A stretch of 64,000 nt of DNA from a virus (taxonomy: Duplodnaviria; Caudoviricetes). The position numbers were made by a program, and so were the translations under genes. This document shows, piece by piece, positions 56,473 to 64,000 of the stretch (the first letter of the stretch is position 1; the number at the start of each line of letters is the position of its first letter). The stretch covers positions 1,919 to 65,918 of IMG/VR virus record IMGVR_UViG_3300042965_000182, one strand, 5' to 3'. The notes beneath the pieces were generated by a model, which worked only from the letters and a program-made list of their open reading frames with translations, was not told where the DNA came from and ran no database searches.

Positions 56473-57156
56473 ATGAATGTAGCAAAGAAGCATTTCTGGT
56501 TAAGTGGTTGGGGTGTTGGTCAACCTGTGTATGGTTCAGCATCTTTTACTGGAATTGGAACTTTAACAGGAATTGGTGGATTATTAATTTTTGGTTCTTC
56601 TTCTTTACTTGGAAGAGGGATATTAAGTAGTGTAGGTTCTCTGATTAGATATGGGTCAGCAGTTTTATCAGGAATTGGAAATTTAGTTGGAGTTGGGAAA
56701 TTAATATTAACAGGCAGTTCTGTTTTAAGTGGAATTGGTTCGTTAATTGCACGAGGCTCAAGGTTTCTTTTTGGTCGGGTAACTTTATTTGGAGAAGGTA
56801 TATTAACAACTATTGGTGGTTTAGTCAAAATTGGGCAAGCAGTTTTATCAGGTATAGGAGATTTAGTTGCACAAGGTTCAAAAATACTTTTTGGTCAAGC
56901 AATTTTATTTGGAGAAGGTATGCTATCGGTTGTTAGTAGACTAATCAGGACTGGTTCAGTGTTTTTATCAGGCGTAGGAAGTTTAACAGCAACAGGTGTA
57001 AAAATAGTGATAGGTCAAGTAGTTTTATTTGGAAAGGGAATATTAACAGCTATTGGAGCAGTAATTAAAAAAGTTATAGCAAAGTATATAAGGTTATCAA
57101 AGTATGTAAGGTTATCAAAGCATATAAGGTTATCAAAGTATATAAGAATTGATTGA
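56473..57156 (+). CDS. Gly-rich 20-aa repeat protein with (KYIRLS)x4 tail
   Basis: Nine GxxxLxGxGxLxxxGxxxxx units. Confidence 0.65.
   Translation: MNVAKKHFWLSGWGVGQPVYGSASFTGIGTLTGIGGLLIFGSSSLLGRGILSSVGSLIRYGSAVLSGIGNLVGVGKLILTGSSVLSGIGSLIARGSRFLFGRVTLFGEGILTTIGGLVKIGQAVLSGIGDLVAQGSKILFGQAILFGEGMLSVVSRLIRTGSVFLSGVGSLTATGVKIVIGQVVLFGKGILTAIGAVIKKVIAKYIRLSKYVRLSKHIRLSKYIRID
57080..57146 (+). repeat. 18-bp tandem repeat, about 3.7 copies
   Basis: Unit CAAAGTATATAAGGTTAT with single substitutions. Confidence 0.85.
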
Positions 57157-57181
57157 AATTTAATTTAAAAAGGAGGGAAAA

Positions 57182-57370
57182 ATGAAAGTAAAAGTAATAG
57201 AGTTGCCGAAAGAAAATTTAACAGCTCAATTTTTAGAGCAAGTAATAAATGAGTTTTTAGAAGTTGAAAAGCCAATAGATGTTAAGTTTGAGTTCAATTC
57301 TGAGTTCGGTCTTTTAATAATTATTTATCAAACGATAGAGGATAAGAATAAAATTTTAAGGAAGAAATAA
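57182..57370 (+). CDS. Hypothetical protein
   Basis: AGGAGG RBS. Confidence 0.55.
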   Translation: MKVKVIELPKENLTAQFLEQVINEFLEVEKPIDVKFEFNSEFGLLIIIYQTIEDKNKILRKK

Positions 57371-57371
57371 G

Positions 57372-58829
57372 ATGAAAGATGTAAACACAATTATTAAGGA
57401 ATTAATTACAAGGGCAAAAGAACTTGCTCCAAATTTTAACTGGGAACCTCAGACAGTTGTTTCAAGGTTATTTCTTTCAGTTCCCGCTTTGGAGATGTCC
57501 AATTTATATTTAGTTGCCGAGTATTTACACAGATTAATGTCGTTTGATGGAATAAAATCACTTTTAACGGATGACAATTTTAAAACAAATTTAGCGAATG
57601 CTCTCAGTATAACGAAGCAAGAAGTTGAAAATCTTATTAATAGGGATTTAGAGTATTTTGGTGAAAGGTTTGGTATAAAAAGGAAATCAGCAACTTATTC
57701 AAGAGGTATGATTACTCTTTATTTTTCAACTTCTGACAGTGTTTCAATTCCTGCTAATACAACTTTTATAGCAAAAAATGGTGTAGAGTATATTAGTTTA
57801 GTTGATATTACAGGTAGTCCAAGGCAAGACTCTGAAACAGGTTTATTTAGGTTAGATTTTTTAATTCAATGTAAAGAAAAAGGTTCAATAGGGAATGTTC
57901 CTGCTGGTTTTATAACGAGGATTAACAGGGTTTTACCAAATTTTGTTTCACTTACGAATTTATATCCGTTTACAAATGGAATGGATGAAGAAGATTGGTT
58001 AACATATTTAGACAGGGTAAAGTTTTTAAGATTTTCAAGCAGTTATGGTTCAAAGTCTTGGTTAGAAGCACTTTTAATGTCAAACATAAATGTTTTAGAT
58101 GCGAAGGTTTATACAGCAAACGACAATGTATTTTTAAGAAGGTATGGTGCAGAAATTTGGGTTGTTGATTATGAGATAATAGAACAAGATAGTTTAAGTG
58201 GAACTGAAAATGAGAAATATGTTCTTTATCCGCCTGCTTTAAATATTTTAACAAATAATGCTAATATTATTAGAGGAACTGTTTACAATGATGTTTATTC
58301 TTTTTCAGTTTTTGCAAAAGAGAAAATTGTAAGGATTGCTCCTGGTGTAATAACTTTTACTTATGATAAAACAATTTATTATTTACAAGAAGTTGTTTCT
58401 GACCCTGAGTTTTGGTTTTTAGGTGGTGAAAGGAATGTAGTTATAAGAAAGGCTTTACCTTGTAATGTTAAAGTTGAGGTAAAAGTTTACCCTACTCATA
58501 CAGCCATAGACAAAGAGGTTTTAAAACAGAAGATTTTAGGTGATTTACAAGTATTTTTGAATGGTGGAACAACTTCTTATGGTGTTAAATACAACAGGGT
58601 AAAAATTGGCACTCAGTTTGACATTTCAGATATGTTAAATGTTATAATAGATAATCCAGAAGTGGACAGGGTTGATATAAGTTCATTCAAGGTATACTTA
58701 AAACATTATTACAGCAACGATTATAATATTGAACCTGAATATGTTCAGGCAAGGTTAGAGTTTTTTGAATATCCTGTTTTTGATGCTACTAACTCAATCA
58801 TAAAAATAGGAGAAGAACTACCAGCATAA
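57372..58829 (+). CDS. Baseplate J-like wedge protein
   Basis: FGIKRKSATYSRG, IPANT, GSIGNVPAG, FTNGMDEE. Confidence 0.88.
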   Translation: MKDVNTIIKELITRAKELAPNFNWEPQTVVSRLFLSVPALEMSNLYLVAEYLHRLMSFDGIKSLLTDDNFKTNLANALSITKQEVENLINRDLEYFGERFGIKRKSATYSRGMITLYFSTSDSVSIPANTTFIAKNGVEYISLVDITGSPRQDSETGLFRLDFLIQCKEKGSIGNVPAGFITRINRVLPNFVSLTNLYPFTNGMDEEDWLTYLDRVKFLRFSSSYGSKSWLEALLMSNINVLDAKVYTANDNVFLRRYGAEIWVVDYEIIEQDSLSGTENEKYVLYPPALNILTNNANIIRGTVYNDVYSFSVFAKEKIVRIAPGVITFTYDKTIYYLQEVVSDPEFWFLGGERNVVIRKALPCNVKVEVKVYPTHTAIDKEVLKQKILGDLQVFLNGGTTSYGVKYNRVKIGTQFDISDMLNVIIDNPEVDRVDISSFKVYLKHYYSNDYNIEPEYVQARLEFFEYPVFDATNSIIKIGEELPA

Positions 58830-58842
58830 AAAGGAGTAAAAA

Positions 58843-60351
58843 ATGGATGAACTAACAATAAAGGTTTTACCTGAGAAGCCTTTCCTTTTTGATACTTTGA
58901 TTTCTTTTTTAGACAGGGGTGTTTTTAACACGCAAAAAGGTGTTTATCCAAATTTCCCCTTACAACTTAAAATAGAAGGTTGTGTTGTTGGAGAGGTTAT
59001 TTCAGTATATTTTAATGACAAAAAAGTAGCAGAAATACAGGCATCAAGTGACACTTTGATTTGGGATTTTGAACCTGACTGGTCTCAGGAAACAAACAAG
59101 TTATATGTAATTGGAACACAACACGAGAAACCTTCAAATGTTGTTTACTTTTTCCCACAGAATTTTGCTGTTTTCCTTTGGCTTTTCAGTGAGCAATTTG
59201 TTTACATTATTCAGGAATTAGCACAGAGTAAACAAGATTTCTTTATACAAAATAATGTTATTGGTGATAGTATAAGACCAGAGTTTAAAACAGGTAAAGA
59301 TTACTATGAATTGAGTAAATATGTTTTTGATGAGATAATCCCACCTTTAAGAGATTTCACTGATGGTTTACTTAAAAGAGCGTATTATTTACAGACTGCT
59401 TACAATTGGAAAACAACTTTTTTTATTAGTTTAATCCTTTTTTATGAGATTTTTTATCCATATTTAAAAGATAAAACAGGAGGTAAGTATTTTCCTTACT
59501 TTTTACCTTACGATGAAGTAGAAGTTTTTACTTTAAGACAATTAGTTGAGAGAATTCAAGGCAACACAATATATTTCAAACAAGATACTTTTTACAGGTT
59601 AGGGACGAATTATTTTATTGGAACTAATCCAGAAAGTTTTACAATTCTTAATCCTGGTGAAAGGGTTGTTTATATAGATTTTTATCAAAATTTAAGACAT
59701 AAAGGAGCAAAAGCGTTTATAAACAGGAAAGAAATTAGTGATTTTTTAAGTTTAGTTGATTTAACTTATATTGGTTTAACGCAAGATGTTTATATTGATA
59801 GTGATGGCAGGTATACTGGCAGTAAAGGTTCATATTTTGTCATCTTAGACCCACCTTTGTTTTCTTATCAGTATCAATTTTCTTTACCTTATCTTCAAGA
59901 TACAGGTTTAAGGATAATAGACAGGGTTATTGTAGAAGTTCCTTATGTTCCAAATGTTCCAATCGCCCTTGGTATAAATCGGCTTACTTATCAAAGGTTT
60001 ATACCCGTTTATTACTTTTATTATGATGGTAGTAGAATTACTACACTTTGGGAACCGTCTTTTTTAACAACTGAATATTCAGATTTAAGGTCATTTCCTA
60101 ATAGTTATTATGCTGATGGCGAAGTATATGTTTCATTAAGAGATGATTTGTTTATACCAGAGGTAAAAAGTAGTTTGAATGATTTTGGTAAACAAGTGGT
60201 AAAAGCAATGGGTTTTTATTGGGATTTATGTAAGTTATCAATAAACAAATTATATCTTTTAATTGGTATTTTTGAAGATAGAATTTACAAACAAAGAGCG
60301 AAACCTGTTTTTTGGAAAAATTTTGATTATTGGTTAACAAGTTTAGAATAA
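58843..60351 (+). CDS. Probable baseplate wedge protein
   Basis: Follows baseplate J. Confidence 0.5.
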   Translation: MDELTIKVLPEKPFLFDTLISFLDRGVFNTQKGVYPNFPLQLKIEGCVVGEVISVYFNDKKVAEIQASSDTLIWDFEPDWSQETNKLYVIGTQHEKPSNVVYFFPQNFAVFLWLFSEQFVYIIQELAQSKQDFFIQNNVIGDSIRPEFKTGKDYYELSKYVFDEIIPPLRDFTDGLLKRAYYLQTAYNWKTTFFISLILFYEIFYPYLKDKTGGKYFPYFLPYDEVEVFTLRQLVERIQGNTIYFKQDTFYRLGTNYFIGTNPESFTILNPGERVVYIDFYQNLRHKGAKAFINRKEISDFLSLVDLTYIGLTQDVYIDSDGRYTGSKGSYFVILDPPLFSYQYQFSLPYLQDTGLRIIDRVIVEVPYVPNVPIALGINRLTYQRFIPVYYFYYDGSRITTLWEPSFLTTEYSDLRSFPNSYYADGEVYVSLRDDLFIPEVKSSLNDFGKQVVKAMGFYWDLCKLSINKLYLLIGIFEDRIYKQRAKPVFWKNFDYWLTSLE

Positions 60352-60355
60352 GGAG

Positions 60356-63300
60356 GTGGATATGGCACAAAGAGTAAAAATAGATTTTAAACCAGGTTTT
60401 AGGGTAACAGAAGAGGTAATGGATGCTCTTGGTATTTTGGCAAGGGATTTGATTTACCAAGTGATTTCTGCTTTAAGTTTAAGAGATGAAAACTATGGAG
60501 TTATTGTTAACGGCTTAGAAACAGATGATATTTTTAGTGAAAACAAGTTATTTCCTTCTGTAAGTGGTAATCAGGTTCAAGTTTCACCTGGTATTTGTAT
60601 TACACATGACAAAAAGTTTGTTGTTATAACAGATACATTAATTGTTGATTTACCACCGAATGGAACTTGGAATTTATGGCTTTTAGTAGAAGAACAGCGG
60701 GATACTTCTATCGTTGTTCACGATATAGAAGGAAATATAGACTATCCTGTTTATATAAATAGTGGTTGGCTTCAATGGTATCCGCCTGATATGTCTCCTG
60801 TTTATGATGGAATAAAATTAGGTCAATTAACAAGGACTGGAACTCAACTTGGTTGGACTTTCAATAAATTTACAAGGGATATTTTTGTTATAGTTGGTTC
60901 AAATTTATGGATAGGTGATAAAGATGACAATATTGTTAAGTTTGATAGTTTAATACAGCCTTCTGTTTCACCTGGTGTTTCACTTCACAGGTTTTTAGCC
61001 TGTAAAGGTTCAGGTATAAGAACAATCAAAAATCCATTTGCGTTAACATTTGACGATATACAAGGTGAACCTTTTTTAATTCACAACAGGTATGTTTTTA
61101 AAGCAGGTGTAGTTTTTGCTGAACACGGAATTATGTCAAACTTTCTTCCAGATTTTCAAGACAGGAGGTATGTTCCCTTGTATCCAAAAGTTAAAGAGGC
61201 TGAAAACAAAATAATTTTCTGTGTTTCACAAGTGCAAGTAAATGATGACATAAGGTATGTTTGTGATGACATTTATGGTAGTGATAAAACAAATAGAGAA
61301 GGTTATGTTATCTCTGGTGGCTATATAAGAAGATACATAAAGAATTACTATGTTGATGACCAACCTGGTAAACAATTATTAGTTTATGTTGAATATAATT
61401 CAACTGATGATTTAATGGAAATAAAGGTTGCTGAATATTCAGAAGAATTTTTAAATCAGTTGCTTTATCAGAATAAACTTGTTATTGGTAAGGTTTATGA
61501 TGGAATGATAGGTAGAGAAGTAGAGATATGGAATTATGCTTATGTTATTGATGCAAAAAATATAAGGTTATCAAAGAATTTTGGTAGGTTAGGTTCTGCT
61601 GGTTATTTAGATTTTATAGTTGATAGAAAAACACTTGAAAAATATATTTGTGCTGATTTAGAAACACTAATAGGTAATGAACTTGTTAGAAGAAGAGGTG
61701 TTAGAAGTAAACTTGTTGATTATGATTATGAAACTTTAAAGGGTGAGTTTAGGATTTATGATAAAACAGCAACTTTAAATACTTTGACTGGTCATTTTAA
61801 TGCTACTGATAACTCCATACAGATTTGTGTTGATACTGCTGATAATACTCTTATAAAGGTTTTAGCACTGACAGATGGTAAACCTGTTTGGAGTTTTATG
61901 AATCAGTGGGGATTTACAGCACAATTTGAGCAGAAGAAAGGTTCACTTACGAACGATAAGGTTCGTTTTGAAGATTTAGGTTGGAGTTTACAACCTGTTT
62001 CTTGGTTAAATGCTTGGGGATTGAATATTGAAACTACTCAAAATAAAGCGATTATTTTAGTGAACGAAATCAGGGTTTTAACAAAGCAATTTGGGGGTGA
62101 AATTTTTGGTGGAACAGAAACAATATATAGACCTTGGTTCAGGGTTTGGAATACAGGTGAAGCAGAAGGCTTTCAAAGGTTAGATTTAGGTTGGTTTTGG
62201 ACATCTGCAGGTGTTCCTGTTTGGAATGGATTTATTTTTCAAATAGGTAAAGCATTTGGCAAATGGTCAATAATTCTTGATAGGCTTTCAGTAGGAAGTG
62301 AAAGAAAATGGTATAATATAGTTCAATTTGAGAGGTTAGAAAATCTTACAGAAGAAAAAAAGATGATTTTCAATCCATCTTGTGATTTTGATAGAACAAT
62401 TATTTTAAAAGATTTCAATGTAAGAGGAGTTATGTCGTATATACCGCAAGTAAAAGATACAGAACAGGTTACAATGAGTGGTAATCTTGGTGCTCCTCGT
62501 GAATGGCTTGTTGGTGACACAAAAGGGTATCCTGTTGAATATGGGATTTATTATCAAGGTATGTTTACAGACGGCAATATCAGTGAAATTATTATTGATT
62601 TATATGATTTTAAGGAAAACAGAGTTTATGCTTTTAGTCAAAGTGGTTTAAATTTACCAACGAGATTACCTTATGTTTGTTCTTTTAGGAAAGACGGAAA
62701 TTTATTAACAAGTTTATTTATATCGGTATCATTGGCCGAAGATACTTATTCTAATAAATTAGATAAACTATCACTTGTGGGATTTTGGTATGATTTTTCA
62801 ACACAGCAAAGTGGTATACATACTATGATTATAAGCCTTCCTAATTACAAATATGTTGGTAAAAATACTTTTTATACTCCTTATGTGTCTTTAATTCCTT
62901 CGGTAAACAATCGTTTTATTGTTTTATTACCTTATATTGAAATGCAAGCAGGTGGCAATATGTATTTAAAATGTTTAAGGTATATTATTGATATTACTAC
63001 GAGTGGAATAAATGTTTCAGAACCTTATGACTTTTTCTTAAATGATAATCCGATTTCTTATGCTGGTGAGTTCAAGACTTTTATACTTTCTTTTGTTGAA
63101 ATACATAACGATACAGAGTTATATTTGAAGTTAACTGGTGCACACGAAGTTTTATTTTTAATGACTTTGTTTTATGATGAAACTGTTAATAAGAGACTTA
63201 TTGATTATGTTGTTAAGTTAACAAATTTAACAGGTGAACCACCTATAACTTACTCTATCTGTATTGAAGAAGTTGGTTTTTCAAGTTATCCAAGTTCATT

Positions 63301-63724
63301 TCCACCTTTAAATTTTTACATTTTGAAATCAGCAAAGAAATATGGGAAGTATGTAATCGGAAGAGAATATATTTATTCAGAAGGTGGAACGACAGTAGTT
63401 GATGAAGATAGACTTAGAATATGGGAGTTAAATATCCATTCAGAAAGAGTTAATGTTGTTAATAAAGGATTTGCTTGGAGCGGTAATTTTCCGACAAGTT
63501 TGAAGAAGAAGTATTTTAGTAAGAGAAGAATTTTAATAGGCTATGGTGTTCAAAATAGAAGAATTATTTACATTAATGAAACTGACAATGTAAACGAGAT
63601 TTTTACAGATTATTCACAAGAAACATTTTATCCTTTGTTTTTATATGATGATTATATTTATGCTCTTATATATAGAGATGATACACAAGTTGTATTCAGG
63701 AAATGGATTTTTGATTTTGAATAA
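60356..63724 (+). CDS. Large tail fibre/baseplate protein
   Basis: 1122 aa, beta-rich; VQVSPGICITHD anchor-like N-terminus. Confidence 0.55.
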   Translation: MDMAQRVKIDFKPGFRVTEEVMDALGILARDLIYQVISALSLRDENYGVIVNGLETDDIFSENKLFPSVSGNQVQVSPGICITHDKKFVVITDTLIVDLPPNGTWNLWLLVEEQRDTSIVVHDIEGNIDYPVYINSGWLQWYPPDMSPVYDGIKLGQLTRTGTQLGWTFNKFTRDIFVIVGSNLWIGDKDDNIVKFDSLIQPSVSPGVSLHRFLACKGSGIRTIKNPFALTFDDIQGEPFLIHNRYVFKAGVVFAEHGIMSNFLPDFQDRRYVPLYPKVKEAENKIIFCVSQVQVNDDIRYVCDDIYGSDKTNREGYVISGGYIRRYIKNYYVDDQPGKQLLVYVEYNSTDDLMEIKVAEYSEEFLNQLLYQNKLVIGKVYDGMIGREVEIWNYAYVIDAKNIRLSKNFGRLGSAGYLDFIVDRKTLEKYICADLETLIGNELVRRRGVRSKLVDYDYETLKGEFRIYDKTATLNTLTGHFNATDNSIQICVDTADNTLIKVLALTDGKPVWSFMNQWGFTAQFEQKKGSLTNDKVRFEDLGWSLQPVSWLNAWGLNIETTQNKAIILVNEIRVLTKQFGGEIFGGTETIYRPWFRVWNTGEAEGFQRLDLGWFWTSAGVPVWNGFIFQIGKAFGKWSIILDRLSVGSERKWYNIVQFERLENLTEEKKMIFNPSCDFDRTIILKDFNVRGVMSYIPQVKDTEQVTMSGNLGAPREWLVGDTKGYPVEYGIYYQGMFTDGNISEIIIDLYDFKENRVYAFSQSGLNLPTRLPYVCSFRKDGNLLTSLFISVSLAEDTYSNKLDKLSLVGFWYDFSTQQSGIHTMIISLPNYKYVGKNTFYTPYVSLIPSVNNRFIVLLPYIEMQAGGNMYLKCLRYIIDITTSGINVSEPYDFFLNDNPISYAGEFKTFILSFVEIHNDTELYLKLTGAHEVLFLMTLFYDETVNKRLIDYVVKLTNLTGEPPITYSICIEEVGFSSYPSSFPPLNFYILKSAKKYGKYVIGREYIYSEGGTTVVDEDRLRIWELNIHSERVNVVNKGFAWSGNFPTSLKKKYFSKRRILIGYGVQNRRIIYINETDNVNEIFTDYSQETFYPLFLYDDYIYALIYRDDTQVVFRKWIFDFE

Positions 63725-63739
63725 AAAGGAGGAACAAAA

Positions 63740-63946
63740 ATGAAAGATGTGATTTATTGTTCAAACTGTTTCAAAATTATAAGGAAAAATGAAGCAAAAT
63801 GGGTAACAAGACAAACCATTTCAGATGAAAACATTCTTATAGAAGAATGGAGTATGCTTGTTTGTAAAAAATGCTATGACAAGTTATCAAAAGATATAAA
63901 GAAGAATGTGATAAAACAGGAATATGTTTACATAGAAGAAGAATAA
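63740..63946 (+). CDS. Small zinc-finger protein
   Basis: CSNC...CKKC. Confidence 0.6.
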   Translation: MKDVIYCSNCFKIIRKNEAKWVTRQTISDENILIEEWSMLVCKKCYDKLSKDIKKNVIKQEYVYIEEE

Positions 63947-63948
63947 GT

Positions 63949-63964
63949 TAGTTTATAATAATAT
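63949..63964 (+). promoter_or_regulatory. Promoter motif B copy
   Basis: Identical to 1042-1057; followed by an RBS and ATG at 63980. Confidence 0.5.
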
Positions 63965-64000
63965 GGAAGGAGGTGAGAGATGTTAGGGTTATGGTCTTTA

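Noticed and set aside
913-62520. Numerous minus-strand ORFs in the track
   Set aside because: They are Phe/Ser/Leu-rich shadows of K/E-rich plus-strand genes, almost all nested within those genes and lacking RBSs.
1-64000. Stop-codon reassignment
   Set aside because: Genes tile densely in the standard code, and TAA, TAG and TGA all end genes directly before a new RBS or start.
1-64000. tRNA/rRNA genes, integrase or transposase
   Set aside because: None recognised; intergenic space is minimal and shows no cloverleaf-like sequence.

Overview
The window is a 64-kb piece of a large, AT-rich myovirus (contractile-tailed dsDNA phage). Essentially all real genes are on the + strand, tightly packed, with strong AGGAGG(TG) ribosome-binding sites. 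The K/E/I-rich proteome, a bacterial-type NusG, holin/spanin-like genes and a peptidoglycan-peptidase motif suggest a thermophilic bacterial host (inference). Gene order: DNA metabolism and regulators (SbcC/Rad50 ATPase, PLD nuclease, 5'-3' exonuclease, RHH protein, NusG paralogue); terminase; a ~20-kb block of mostly unknown, charged proteins; lysis-like genes; portal; prohead protease; scaffold; capsid; neck; sheath; tube; chaperone with -1 frameshift; tape measure; baseplate and fibres. Main points of interest: (1) a shared N-terminal leader (KIIKISEELIKIAEELL-like) on at least 7 otherwise mostly unrelated ORFs, plus recurrent [KR]-x-A motifs, suggesting a capsid-cargo addressing and processing system; (2) an AcrIII-1/DUF1874-like ring nuclease fused to a second domain and inserted between sheath and tube; (3) a pyruvoyl arginine decarboxylase next to a PurD-like ATP-grasp ligase; (4) a prohead protease fused to a PNKP-type HAD phosphatase. 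All family calls come from motif recognition by eye; no searches were run.
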